IMG/VR virus record: IMGVR_UViG_3300020048_000043
Span: 1-64,000 of that record
Length of the DNA stretch: 64,000 nt
Source: an uncultured virus (IMG/VR IMGVR_UViG_3300020048_000043)
Taxonomy: Duplodnaviria > Heunggongvirae > Uroviricota > Caudoviricetes
Reading direction: 5' to 3' (one strand)
The translations under genes and the position numbers were made by a program. The notes beneath the pieces are model-generated. The model was not told where the DNA came from. It did no database searches and saw only the letters and a program-made list of their open reading frames with translations. Below are positions 10,501 to 20,605 of this stretch, in pieces. The first letter of the stretch is position 1. Every line of letters begins with the position of its first letter.

Positions 10501-10637
10501 TACCTACAGAAGATTTAGTATTTGATTTTCATATAGAAGACATACCAAGACCTAGACGTGTTGAAATATATAAATATTGTCCAGAATTTATTTGGTTTGA
10601 TAAAAATAAAATAGATATTGATATTTCATTAATGTAA
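7524..10637 (+). CDS. Baseplate wedge protein (T4 gp6-like)
   Basis: FDIKKEL, NEAFL..S...SSV..IA..LDY, IKFGNGIYG..P, TLGVDGN and RLVTNIDY motifs. Confidence 0.8.
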   Translation: MSIKTRELPSFDPFDIKKELVQLADNHFGVNNVDLYESGFLGYLIQSLTFLTSDMLYQNAMAYNEAFLKRSILPSSVTEIASQLDYKAQKTIPAEGPMTLAIPIIQDREMLIKIPIGANVVANNITYKVKNNYYVEKNSRGIVVTTQNSETGLVQNIPHKIEMRNKQLCIIFNVTIWQIEIFSYEFVVENPMLYVFYEETVGNYNGQLYKIIVNAESEIYTEVSSIYQAKPHNRYYEVKIDNVTPLITIKFGNGIYGYQPKAGAEALITVYTTLGVDGNIIAQSAKLTERIVDNISGQIVNVESYNPAAINNGQDKENIEDMKRHTIENISAAKRLVTNIDYYGFQGVTGLTNFKALPVLKKRDVIGNHIDVFSVLFDDKNKPIPTNTIPLLLPSILEENNTVLKQGEEIIHDGFRYISPFHIMLDTTYDIPVARYYYSLTNLLVTPLLFSRNVNEDILMGLRQVQAKIFDNTDQIVFIGEIFKLAEMDAGKIHGVLQIQGYEDIELEFSQQYDDKVTVNISSSYLDSTALPTSDFIWTVKLYYGDRFYNTYQGEWKLFEAGKIIDTNIIATVNSSLYINSFLDVESIIFKVNQNTQSGYFEIIVKKLSNTDLGGNTINNSDINVNINILGDIYNANMTSVTSTRLVFTTQFINLSKFQVNVVEALTIAVSYQDTIYNEYFSNIDVLTHGRRFLQTIVNDKPQLIDVPAIELVHLGLNEISIKKIDNSYIFFFRISKMANNSANKISCKLMLENMMFDLSEDIMNEFQGELTETETDPTPNNVNSTVMFMSPPINSDTISFGNIPFKVELMYDGEMYSIYKQNTIFHYDLTEIIHSNVSRNPDDFYSYVWSVPVIEKEYYTENIDYLDQYIFSEFARLCDAFKKYKMLTDRVNLKFARTFGNISNVFLNRYNPIPAKSYSDDFDMNIIPQIKVKVYIKKDARNDIPSIIDECKNVLYTFLQLKSNFHTNIYRSEMARFLHDTVDDLEFCEILLPTEDLVFDFHIEDIPRPRRVEIYKYCPEFIWFDKNKIDIDISLM

Positions 10638-10649
10638 TTGGTGATTATT

Positions 10650-11639
10650 ATGAGAGAAATTATTTTAAACATATTACAAAGTACATTACCTAATGTTCAA
10701 AAAATGGAAGAACTTATTAATAAGGATGTTCATGAAGCATTAAAACTTATAGAACAACCTTGTGGTCGATTTATATTATCAAAAAATATGGTTGATAATT
10801 ATATAGAAACAGCAAATGTTTCTAAAGAACAAATAAAAATGATGATATCTAAAATGCCTGTTGCTGGATGGGTAACAGGCAATCCTTTTTATAATTTATT
10901 ATCAATATATTTGATTACATTTTTAGCAGATCAAAATGTAAATGCTGCCATATCAACATCTAGATTTTATGCTGCTGTAACATGTGGTTATTTAAAAGCA
11001 AAATATTTCCCTATTTGTGATGCAGATGTTTTACGTTATACATTAACACAAATGCATGGAGCATCTGTTGTTAAAGAAGGTTTTTCAAAACTATGTATGA
11101 AAGTAGCAGATCAAACTTTAAATAAATATATTGAACCTATGGTTCAAACATTACATGAAAATGTGTTTTATAGATATTTGGTAGATATTAGAAATAAATT
11201 AAATCAATCTATGAAAATTATAGCGTGGAAATATTATGATGTTCAAGAAAATAAAAAACAAACTAATTATGAAGATATAGCAGAAAAAATTAATAAAAAT
11301 ATTATCAATATCGCATCTGCAGATAATGTAATAAATTTTGTTTCAAAAGAAATAGGAATATCACCTATAGAAATTGAAAATTTATATATATCCATTATTG
11401 ATCATGTAGATGCTACATTATCTATGCAAATGGTAGTTTTAAAACTACTTATGACATATAATGGTATAGAAAATATTGAAAGATTAGGACCTAGAAATAT
11501 TGTAAATAGAGCATATAGAACAGAAGATATTGTAAAAACCGTTCAAGATGTGTTTGCAATTATTAATGCAAATTTTTCATTAGAAAATATAAAAGCTATT
11601 TTATATTTGGCTGCAATTCAAATTATTTCTTTTAGATGA
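10650..11639 (+). CDS. Hypothetical protein
   Basis: Long ORF in the virion operon. Confidence 0.65.
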   Translation: MREIILNILQSTLPNVQKMEELINKDVHEALKLIEQPCGRFILSKNMVDNYIETANVSKEQIKMMISKMPVAGWVTGNPFYNLLSIYLITFLADQNVNAAISTSRFYAAVTCGYLKAKYFPICDADVLRYTLTQMHGASVVKEGFSKLCMKVADQTLNKYIEPMVQTLHENVFYRYLVDIRNKLNQSMKIIAWKYYDVQENKKQTNYEDIAEKINKNIINIASADNVINFVSKEIGISPIEIENLYISIIDHVDATLSMQMVVLKLLMTYNGIENIERLGPRNIVNRAYRTEDIVKTVQDVFAIINANFSLENIKAILYLAAIQIISFR

Positions 11640-11667
11640 ATTTTATTATAGATTTGAGGTGTAATAC

Positions 11668-14600
11668 ATGGCGGATAAAATTCAATTACAAGGATCTATT
11701 TTAAATAGTCTTTCTACACAAGCAAGACAAAAAACAGTAATCCCAGATTCTGGAAATTCTATGCCTCAAACTATTATTTCACAAGAATTACCAGATAGAC
11801 AAAATAATCCATTACAACAAAAAGCAGATATGAATAGATTGATGTCTGCTTTAAGTTTTATTGCTAATAAAATAGAACAAGGATTTAATCAAACAGTCAA
11901 TGTACTAACTACAATGAATAATGCTATCACATCTAGGTTAGAAACAGTTACAAGACAATTACAAATATTGAATACAACAATTAAAACATTGAATGAAACA
12001 CAATTTCAATATTTAAATAGACAAAAGAAATCTACAGATTATATACGATTCTTTGAATTATTTAACAGTCAAATGACAAATTATTTGATCATGCTTCGTA
12101 AACAATTTATTACTGGTGATGATCCAAAACTTGTTACAATGGCTGTATTAAGATTAGTTGCTAAAGATAGTTTTTTAAGTAGAGTGTTTGGACGTAGATC
12201 ATTTGAAGCTGAAAGACGACAACATACTGCATATTTTACATTTGAATTATATCAAACCATTTTAAAATTACCTACAATTTTAAGAGACATTACACAACAA
12301 TTAGTAAATTTTTTAACATTACATTTTAAAAGACAAAGAGAACATTTTGAATGTATGGAAACAACAAATAGATGGACTGCAGAATCTGTTAATAGATTAG
12401 TTGTATTAGAAGAAAATAGACAACGTATTGGAGATAAAGATCCTAGACATTTACAACATATAGAAAAACGTGTCTTAGCCAAAAGAGATGTATTAACAGC
12501 AACTATAGAAAAACATCATAAAAAATTAATTGAAAAATACGAACAAACAAAAGAACATGATAAAAAAACAGAACAATATCAAATAAAAACAACAAATTTA
12601 TTTGAAGATTTATTAAAAGTAACAATGACAACATCATTAGCAGTTACAACTATTGTAGGTAAAGTATTATTAAATCCACGAGGCTTATTTTTTATGTTAG
12701 CAAAAGCATTTGTTGGCGTAAAAGTTTTTAGTATGGCGGTTCGTGCTATTTTAGGAACAGGAGCATCTGTATTAAATACATTAGGTTTATTAGATTTTGC
12801 TAAAGGTTTAAAAGATATAGTTGGTAGATCTATAATAGGATTATCAGAAATGATTGGTTCTGCTTTACAACTTGTTATACCAAAAACAATTTATGATGGT
12901 ATTACAGGTGTTTTTAAAAGTATTCTTTCTTTTGTTCAAAATACAGCTACAATGTTATTTCATCCAAATGAAAATGAACGTGATAAATCAAGAACTATAT
13001 TTTTAGGACAATTAGAAGGTGTATTAACAAAAATTTTTAGACAATTTGTTTGGCCCATAACAAGAGGTGTAACACAAATAATAGCATTAGTTATGGCAGG
13101 CAAATGGATTATGGGTCATAATGCTCGTCAAGCTACTAAATATGTAGATGCGGATGGTAAATCTACATTAGCACCTACAGCTAAAGGTCGTCTTTTAGCT
13201 GGACAACCTTTAGTTCAACCATTGACAATGAATAAAATTTGGGGTGTAGGTTCTGAAGAAGATAAACAAAGAAGATTCAGTATTATGGGTGCTGCTAGAA
13301 GACATGTTTTACCTGAATTAATGGGTGGACAAAAACCTTGGATGCAAGGTATTGGTTTAGAACAACGTGGATCCTATGATGCTAAATTAAGAACACCTGG
13401 ATATTCTACTGATATGGCACATGTTCATAATTTAGCAGAAAGAGGAGTAAGAAAAGTATTAACAAAACAAGTAAGTTTAGCAGCTCCACCACCAGGTGCA
13501 ACACCTGCACAAATGATTAAATGGAGATCTATGCAATCGTCTATGGGTAAAGTAGCTATGCAAGAAGAAATTAAATTAAAAGAAAGATTAAATCTCTTAA
13601 ATAGACAAGATAGATTAACAGAAGAAACAAAAGTAAAATTAATAACTAAATCTAGGCAGGAATTAAGAGAAAAATTAAGACTTATGCGTGAAACAAATAG
13701 AGAAAATGTAATAGCAGCTAACGCTCAATCTAAGTTACAAAGATTTGGTGCTTGGGGTAAAGGTAAAATTCAAGATATTAAAACAGGTGTAACAGATACT
13801 TATAGAAGAGATGGTGCTCTTGGTGTTGTTGGAGCAGCAGGATCTAAAGCAATTAATATAGCAGCGTATTTACCAAACATAATGAAATCTGTATTTGGTA
13901 CTGTTATGAATGTATTAGGTTCTGTAGCAAGAGTTTTTGGTACTGTAACGTTTATTTATTCTATATTATCTATGGTTACAAGTGCAATAGGTAATATGTT
14001 TACTAAATGGTCTAGTAAAAAAGAAAATGAAGGTAAAGGTGTAGGAGAATTTGTTACATCTTTATTTGATTGGTTAACATCTTTTATTATAACTGGTTTT
14101 ACAAATATTGTTACAAAGGGTCCTGGATTTATTTTAAAAATATTAGGTGGTATAGCCGTAGGCATATATAAAATGTTTGCTTCTCTTTTTTCGTGGTTAG
14201 GCGCATCTATAAGAGTAGCTTGGTATTCTATGTTGGATTGGGTTGCGGATTATAGTAAAGAATTACAAGAAGCTAGAGATGCTTTGAATGGAATTACTTC
14301 TTCTGCTAGAGATGTAATAGATGCAAATAAAGAGAAAGAAGCAGCTGAAAAAGAAGCAGCGGAAGCAGCAGAAAATGAAAAAAGTGAAACACAAAGTATT
14401 ATAGAACGTATAGAACAATGGACTAAATCTTTTACAGATTATTTTACAGGTGGCGCGTTTTCAGATGATATGTTGAACACTGCAAGAACAATAGGTAAAG
14501 CATTAAAAGGAATAGCAGAAGTATTATCTGGTGTTTGGGATGTTACTGTAGAAGGTGGTAGTAAATTATTAGGTGGTCTTGCTAATACAACTGGAGCATT

Positions 14601-16092
14601 TATGTCTGGTTTATTTGGTGAAGCAGGTGCTTTAGATATATTTACTACTGCTGCTGCATATGCAGAAGATAAAGGTTGGACGGATATTGCTGGTTTATTA
14701 AATCAAGCAAAAGATAAAGGTGTATTAGGTGGATTAAAAGATGCTGCGTCTAAAACAGATGTTGCAGGAACAAGAATGTTGGAAGGTGCTACAACATTTA
14801 AAGAATATGCTGAAAGATTATTAGATCAAGATACTGTAAAAACAACATCTGCTAAAGAACTTGAAGATGCTAGAAGACTAAAAGGTGGGGAACATACTAA
14901 TCCACACGGCTTAAATCAATATACTTTTGAAAATAAACAAAAAGTAATGGGTTTAGGTGAAGGTAAAGTTGTTTTTGTAGATAACTCTTCTGGAGAAGGA
15001 ACACGCTTAGGTATACATTATCCAGCACATGATGCTGTATTCTTTTATTCTCAATTAGAAAAAGTAGATCTTAAAGTAGGAGATACAATTAAAAAAGCAC
15101 AATTATTAGGTGAATCGAAAGATAAAACATATGGATTTAATATATATGATTTAAATAAAGTAGAAACACCTAATAGTAATTTTTCAAAAGCAGAAACATT
15201 TTCACATTATTTACAAACACCTGGTATGTATTCTAATCAACTTCAAGCAGCTAGTGTTAATAGTGTACAACAATGGATGACAGATAAGAACATAATACAA
15301 CCAGCAGAAGCAGGTAATAAGTTACCTATTTCGGGTTCATTATTAACTTGGGGTTTACCTAAAGTTTATAAACTTAATTCTGATTTCGGTATGCGTAAAT
15401 TATCATATGAAAAAGAGCCTAGAATGCATCGTGGTATAGATTTAAATACACCTATAGGTACACCGATAACATCTTTAGGTGATGGTGATATATTATTAAC
15501 ACATTATTTACATGGTTATGGTAATACATTAGATGTATATTATCCTAGTTTAGGACATACATTACGTTATGCACATTTAAGTAAATTTAATGTTAAAGCA
15601 GGTCAAAAAATAAAAGAAGGGGATTTATTAGCATTAACAGGAAATACAGGAATAGGAACAGGAGCACATGTACATATAGAAACTGCTCCTGGTCGAAAAA
15701 TAATACAACGTGGAGATCAACGATCTCCAATACCTTGGCAAAAAAGTATGTTATCGCGTAGTGCAGAACCAGAACAACCAAAAGCAGATGGTGTTGGTGG
15801 TGGATATGATTATTCTTATACATCTAAAGGTTTAATTAATGGTTCTAATTATAATAGTAAATATTATGTTGAAAGAATGACAAATTTACCTGTTGTTGCT
15901 TCCATTAATGCATTAGATGATGGTTCACAATCAACAAATATAATAGGACAAGTAGTTGGACAAATGGTTGTGGGAAATACAACCGCAGTAAATGCTCCGT
16001 CTACATCAACAACCATACTTGGTGGTGAAGGAGATCCTTTTGCTAAAAATATATTTGAAAAATCATTAGGTATGGCAGGAGGGTGGGTTTAG
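11668..16092 (+). CDS. Tape-measure-like / tail-associated lysin with C-terminal M23 peptidase domains
   Basis: Long helical and hydrophobic segments; intact M23 domain (HRGID, YAHLS, HVH) preceded by a degenerate M23 repeat. Confidence 0.75.
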   Translation: MADKIQLQGSILNSLSTQARQKTVIPDSGNSMPQTIISQELPDRQNNPLQQKADMNRLMSALSFIANKIEQGFNQTVNVLTTMNNAITSRLETVTRQLQILNTTIKTLNETQFQYLNRQKKSTDYIRFFELFNSQMTNYLIMLRKQFITGDDPKLVTMAVLRLVAKDSFLSRVFGRRSFEAERRQHTAYFTFELYQTILKLPTILRDITQQLVNFLTLHFKRQREHFECMETTNRWTAESVNRLVVLEENRQRIGDKDPRHLQHIEKRVLAKRDVLTATIEKHHKKLIEKYEQTKEHDKKTEQYQIKTTNLFEDLLKVTMTTSLAVTTIVGKVLLNPRGLFFMLAKAFVGVKVFSMAVRAILGTGASVLNTLGLLDFAKGLKDIVGRSIIGLSEMIGSALQLVIPKTIYDGITGVFKSILSFVQNTATMLFHPNENERDKSRTIFLGQLEGVLTKIFRQFVWPITRGVTQIIALVMAGKWIMGHNARQATKYVDADGKSTLAPTAKGRLLAGQPLVQPLTMNKIWGVGSEEDKQRRFSIMGAARRHVLPELMGGQKPWMQGIGLEQRGSYDAKLRTPGYSTDMAHVHNLAERGVRKVLTKQVSLAAPPPGATPAQMIKWRSMQSSMGKVAMQEEIKLKERLNLLNRQDRLTEETKVKLITKSRQELREKLRLMRETNRENVIAANAQSKLQRFGAWGKGKIQDIKTGVTDTYRRDGALGVVGAAGSKAINIAAYLPNIMKSVFGTVMNVLGSVARVFGTVTFIYSILSMVTSAIGNMFTKWSSKKENEGKGVGEFVTSLFDWLTSFIITGFTNIVTKGPGFILKILGGIAVGIYKMFASLFSWLGASIRVAWYSMLDWVADYSKELQEARDALNGITSSARDVIDANKEKEAAEKEAAEAAENEKSETQSIIERIEQWTKSFTDYFTGGAFSDDMLNTARTIGKALKGIAEVLSGVWDVTVEGGSKLLGGLANTTGAFMSGLFGEAGALDIFTTAAAYAEDKGWTDIAGLLNQAKDKGVLGGLKDAASKTDVAGTRMLEGATTFKEYAERLLDQDTVKTTSAKELEDARRLKGGEHTNPHGLNQYTFENKQKVMGLGEGKVVFVDNSSGEGTRLGIHYPAHDAVFFYSQLEKVDLKVGDTIKKAQLLGESKDKTYGFNIYDLNKVETPNSNFSKAETFSHYLQTPGMYSNQLQAASVNSVQQWMTDKNIIQPAEAGNKLPISGSLLTWGLPKVYKLNSDFGMRKLSYEKEPRMHRGIDLNTPIGTPITSLGDGDILLTHYLHGYGNTLDVYYPSLGHTLRYAHLSKFNVKAGQKIKEGDLLALTGNTGIGTGAHVHIETAPGRKIIQRGDQRSPIPWQKSMLSRSAEPEQPKADGVGGGYDYSYTSKGLINGSNYNSKYYVERMTNLPVVASINALDDGSQSTNIIGQVVGQMVVGNTTAVNAPSTSTTILGGEGDPFAKNIFEKSLGMAGGWV

Positions 16093-16094
16093 AA

Positions 16095-18461
16095 ATGTCT
16101 AGAACTATAGGTTATCAATATTTAGGTGGAAAAGATCCACGTGTTATTCAAACATTAACAGATGATGAATTAAAAAAAGTTGTAGATCCTACATCGCCCA
16201 TACCTCCTGTTATGCCGTATAACCCAAGACAAGATGCTTATGTAATAGCAGAAGAACAAAAAAAAGCAATAGAAGAAAAAAAACAAGAAGAACTTAAAAA
16301 AGCAATAGAAAAAGAAAAAATAGACGCAGAAGATGTATCGACTGTACCTGCAGAACCTAAAGCTCCTGTAAAAAAACCTGAAGTTAAACCTACACCAAAA
16401 GAAGAAAATCTTATGTCAGATGAAAAACAAGCAAAAGTATCATTTGATAAATCAGATTTTCCTGTTTTAGATTCTATTATAGGTTTACCACCAGGTTATA
16501 CAGTAGATCAATATGCTGGTGTTGATTTTAATATACAGGATCAAATGGAATCAGAATTTCCTATTTTAACAATAGAACCTATGATATTTGAATTAAAAGA
16601 ATCCGATGGTATATTTCCATATATTGCGGAAAAAGTTGGTATACAATATCAAATAGCTGTAATGCCTAATGATACACAAATAAGTTTTACACATAGTAAT
16701 GAATATAAACCTTCAGCTATTACTAAAGAATTACAAGATCTTATGACTTTTGGTCCTATGGGAGATATAAGACAATTAAGTCATGTAATGGGTGGTCCTT
16801 TAGGTGATGCTATGAGATACGCGGGACAAACAGTTCAAACGGGTATGGATAAAATGTTAGAATCTATATCTCATGGTATTTCAAAAAATATAGAAGCACA
16901 TCCAATATTAAGACAAATAAATGGTATAGGTAATGATGTATTGCGTGCTATGTTATTAGGAGCAAGATCCGACTTTCCTAATATTTGGCAAAATTCAGGT
17001 ACAGGAATGACGCAATCATTTACAGTTCATTTAAGAACATTTGCTACAGATCCAGATGATAAAGTATATATTCAACAAATTATAGATCCATTATCTGCAT
17101 TTTTATCTCTTAGTTTACCAAAAGGTGGGGATGTAATGTCTTATATAGAACCACCTTATATTTATGCACATTTACCTAATGTATTTGAATATGAACTAGC
17201 AGGTATCAATAATTTAACATGGAATATTCCATTATCTACATTAAATTTAAAAGGAATACCAAGACATATTCAAATTAGTTTTTCTATATCAAATTTATAT
17301 AATGTTATGGTTCAAGGTGGAGTACAACTTAATAAAGAAATGCCTACAAAAGATAAATTTTTAGATAATTTAAGAAAGAAACCTAAGAAAAAAGTAGCAA
17401 ATGAAGCTGTTTGGAAAAATGAATTTGGTGATCGTAAGCAAGGTAGAGAATCAGATAGCATAACAAAAGGTATACTACCTACAGATAGTCCAATTCAAAA
17501 AGCAGGTTTAATGGGAAGTAGTGTAGGTATTGATTTTGGTAATATGGATATAGGAAAAGCAATTGGAACTAATATAGGAACAAATATGGTAAATCTTAAC
17601 ATGAATAGTTTAGGTTTAGGTAATTTTAAATTACCTGATTTAGGTAATTTTAATTTAATGGATTTACCTATAACAGATATTGTTGGAGATCTAAATTTAA
17701 ATGGTTTATTAAATGGTTTGGATTTGAATTTGGATTTAAATTCATCTATGTTTGATTTGGATATTAAAGGTATAGATACAGATCCATTTGGAAAAGCATT
17801 AACAAATTGGGGTGTAGGTTTACATGGATCTCTTATGTCTAGTCTACAAGGCGGTGCTGGTGGTTTAAGTGGTATATTTGGTAATGGTAATTTATCCAAT
17901 ATGACTAATGGTATATTAGGTAATTTACAAATACCTAATAATTTATTAGGTGGTTTATCAAATGCGGTTACAGGATCTTTTACAGATATTTTAACATCTA
18001 TAGATGTGAGTAAGATAGATTTATCAAATTCATTAAATTTAGTAACAAATGCTGTTAAATCTGTTCCTATACAATTGACAAATTTAATACAACAAGGTAA
18101 AACAGGATTTGATAATGTATTGAATGGTGTAGTAAATACAATAACAAAAGTAAGTCCTGCTTTAGATGGTGTATTGCGTTTGTCTAAACCTTTACAAGAA
18201 ACATTACATAGAACAGCAGATGCCTTGACTTCAGAATTAAATAAAATTGATGTTGTATCTGAAATGCAACAATTAAATAATTTTGTTTTATCAAAAATAC
18301 CATCTGCTGCTCAAGTATCTACAGAATTTCAAAATGCTATTCAAAAAGTATGTGATGTTACATCCGGTGTAGTTCAATGTAAGACATTAGAAACTAGTTT
18401 GAAAATGAATCAAAATAGAACAAATAGTAGTAGATGTATGATGAAGGTGACTAAAAAATGA
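16095..18461 (+). CDS. Putative tail/baseplate protein with a Gly/Asn/Leu-rich low-complexity C-terminal half
   Basis: Follows the tape-measure-like gene; central region looks beta-rich; GNxNL-type repeats. Confidence 0.5.
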   Translation: MSRTIGYQYLGGKDPRVIQTLTDDELKKVVDPTSPIPPVMPYNPRQDAYVIAEEQKKAIEEKKQEELKKAIEKEKIDAEDVSTVPAEPKAPVKKPEVKPTPKEENLMSDEKQAKVSFDKSDFPVLDSIIGLPPGYTVDQYAGVDFNIQDQMESEFPILTIEPMIFELKESDGIFPYIAEKVGIQYQIAVMPNDTQISFTHSNEYKPSAITKELQDLMTFGPMGDIRQLSHVMGGPLGDAMRYAGQTVQTGMDKMLESISHGISKNIEAHPILRQINGIGNDVLRAMLLGARSDFPNIWQNSGTGMTQSFTVHLRTFATDPDDKVYIQQIIDPLSAFLSLSLPKGGDVMSYIEPPYIYAHLPNVFEYELAGINNLTWNIPLSTLNLKGIPRHIQISFSISNLYNVMVQGGVQLNKEMPTKDKFLDNLRKKPKKKVANEAVWKNEFGDRKQGRESDSITKGILPTDSPIQKAGLMGSSVGIDFGNMDIGKAIGTNIGTNMVNLNMNSLGLGNFKLPDLGNFNLMDLPITDIVGDLNLNGLLNGLDLNLDLNSSMFDLDIKGIDTDPFGKALTNWGVGLHGSLMSSLQGGAGGLSGIFGNGNLSNMTNGILGNLQIPNNLLGGLSNAVTGSFTDILTSIDVSKIDLSNSLNLVTNAVKSVPIQLTNLIQQGKTGFDNVLNGVVNTITKVSPALDGVLRLSKPLQETLHRTADALTSELNKIDVVSEMQQLNNFVLSKIPSAAQVSTEFQNAIQKVCDVTSGVVQCKTLETSLKMNQNRTNSSRCMMKVTKK

Positions 18462-19213
18462 ATAATATTATTAACGAATTAAAAACACAATATGGTTCCT
18501 ATCCATTCACTACGCAATTTGTGATTCAAGAACATTATGCTACTTCGTTTCATTTTGATTTAAGAATTCAAAAAGGTAATGTTGCTCCATCTTGGGCTAT
18601 ACCTAAAGCAAAATTACCAAAGGAAAAAGAAAAAATACTTGCTGTTAGGACAGAAGATCATCCATTAGAATGGATGACGTATAGTGGTATTATTCCACAT
18701 GGTTATGGAAAAGGTAAAGTTAATATATATGATAAAGGTACATGTATAGTATATGTTTGGAGAGATTCATATATTGCGTTTCAATTAATAGGTGAAAAAG
18801 TAAAAGGTTATTATAATTTACTTCGTATGAAAAAAGATCAATGGTTGTTAATAAAAATCGACGATGAAAAAGCAAAAAATAAATTTGAAAAAAGTAATGA
18901 TTTAGAAGAACACGAAATACAATATAAAACAAAATTGATGTTTTTTAAAGAAAGTCAACCATACAAAATTTTAAAAAATAAAAATAATATTACAGAATTT
19001 TATTTAGATATAGATGATGAAGCACAAATAAAAGAAAATATTGAAAAATATTTAGATTGTAAATCTTATAATATGGTTTTATCCGAAGAAGAAACAGAAC
19101 AAATTATAGTAGGAGAAGATATATTTTCTTCATCAATATCAACATATCATATATTTTTGAAAGAAGAAAAACTTAAAGAAGGATTTGAATGGACAAATAA
19201 AGATATGAAATAG
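18458..19213 (+). CDS. LigD-type DNA 3'-phosphoesterase (PE) domain protein
   Basis: FVIQEHYA..FHFDLRI, SWAIPK, LAVRTEDHPLEW and GYGKGKV..YDKG match the LigD PE pattern; C-terminal extension of unknown function. Confidence 0.88.
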   Translation: MNNIINELKTQYGSYPFTTQFVIQEHYATSFHFDLRIQKGNVAPSWAIPKAKLPKEKEKILAVRTEDHPLEWMTYSGIIPHGYGKGKVNIYDKGTCIVYVWRDSYIAFQLIGEKVKGYYNLLRMKKDQWLLIKIDDEKAKNKFEKSNDLEEHEIQYKTKLMFFKESQPYKILKNKNNITEFYLDIDDEAQIKENIEKYLDCKSYNMVLSEEETEQIIVGEDIFSSSISTYHIFLKEEKLKEGFEWTNKDMK

Positions 19214-19253
19214 AATGGAGGTGTGTGACTTGTTTATTACAAAATAAACAAGT

Positions 19254-19562
19254 TTGAATATGAGATTTGATGTATATATATCAAATGAAATGTCGTTATT
19301 TAATTTATTTGGATATAACGTAAGAACTCCTGTTCCTATTGATGGCTTAACTCAAGAAGAAATAGATTTAGCAAGAAAAGCAGGTTGGACTATTGAAATA
19401 TTAGGTGTAACAGAAGATACTACACCACCACAATCATATTTTATAACTACATGGAATAAATGGATTTGTCCAACAGAAGAATCATTAGATTTGTTACAAA
19501 AAGTTAAAAAACACGATGAAATATTTATTGTAGATAGTAATCTATTATTTATATCTGTATAA
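19254..19562 (+). CDS. Hypothetical protein (start uncertain)
   Basis: ORF in the operon. Confidence 0.55.
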   Translation: MNMRFDVYISNEMSLFNLFGYNVRTPVPIDGLTQEEIDLARKAGWTIEILGVTEDTTPPQSYFITTWNKWICPTEESLDLLQKVKKHDEIFIVDSNLLFISV

Positions 19563-19576
19563 CAAAAAGAGGTGAT

Positions 19577-19954
19577 TTGATTATGATATTAGATAAAACA
19601 AAATTATTAATGCCCAATACAGATGTTATTTTACAAAATTGTCTTTTTGATACAGATGTAGTAGATTATGATGTTGTCTGGTTTAAAGATAATCTATGGA
19701 AAAAAATAAATGGAACATTAGAAGATCATAAATCTGTAGATTTTAATTGGGGTATTGCTTACCATGTAAATGAAGATGATCATATTGGTAGAGTAATATA
19801 CGAAGGCCAACTTAAAGGTTGTGATATTATTGATAGTAATGGAAATTGGTATGCGGATGAACATGGAAAATTAACACAAACTGCATCCGAATTTTATGTT
19901 GGATATTCTGAAAAAGAGAAAGAACTTACACTTTCTCTATATTCTTATTCATAA
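19577..19954 (+). CDS. Hypothetical protein
   Basis: ORF with GAGGTG RBS. Confidence 0.6.
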   Translation: MIMILDKTKLLMPNTDVILQNCLFDTDVVDYDVVWFKDNLWKKINGTLEDHKSVDFNWGIAYHVNEDDHIGRVIYEGQLKGCDIIDSNGNWYADEHGKLTQTASEFYVGYSEKEKELTLSLYSYS

Positions 19955-19980
19955 GTTAATTTAAAGAAGGAGTGTTTATT

Positions 19981-20538
19981 ATGACTCAGCCAAAAATCAA
20001 TTCTCAATTTATTAAAACAAATATTCATCCAGATTCTGCGTCTTTAAAAGCGTTTGGAGAAGCAATTGAAACATTTAATACAAATCTTCTTGCTGTTGCT
20101 CCTGTAAATGCTGTAGCAGCTAGTAAAGATTTTACAAGTTTCAAACTAACAGCAAAAACAAAGGGTTTAGTTGGAAATAATATTTCTTTAACAGTTGTTG
20201 CGCCGGAAGATACTGCTGAACTATCTATTCAAGTTAATGGTTATGAAATTGTGGTAACTGCTGCACATGATGGTACTGATGTTACTACAACGGGTAGTGA
20301 TTTAGTAACTGCTTTAAATGCTCATGCTCAAGCAAAACTTCTTGTTGTTGCTTCTGCTGGAACAAGTGCTGCTCTTGTTGCTGTTGCTAAAACAAAACTT
20401 GAAGATGGTGTGAATGGAACATGTGTTCCTAAAGCAGGTGTATATTTTGTCGATAGTTCAAATCTATATATTGCTATTGATCAAAATCTTGCGAGTGATG
20501 CAAACTGGAGACGTATTTCCGTAGGTTCTGCTTATTAA
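19981..20538 (+). CDS. Putative minor virion protein
   Basis: Ala/Thr/Val-rich; LTAKTKGLVGNNISL resembles sheath-like domains; AAGGAG RBS; followed by a terminator. Confidence 0.55.
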   Translation: MTQPKINSQFIKTNIHPDSASLKAFGEAIETFNTNLLAVAPVNAVAASKDFTSFKLTAKTKGLVGNNISLTVVAPEDTAELSIQVNGYEIVVTAAHDGTDVTTTGSDLVTALNAHAQAKLLVVASAGTSAALVAVAKTKLEDGVNGTCVPKAGVYFVDSSNLYIAIDQNLASDANWRRISVGSAY

Positions 20539-20554
20539 TTTAATATTTTATTTT

Positions 20555-20591
20555 AAATATAGACACCCAAAAAGGGTGTCTATATTTTTTC
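20555..20591 (+). terminator. Rho-independent terminator
   Basis: AAATATAGACACCC/GGGTGTCTATATTT followed by a T run. Confidence 0.8.
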
Positions 20592-20605
20592 TATGGAGGT
20601 GTAAT

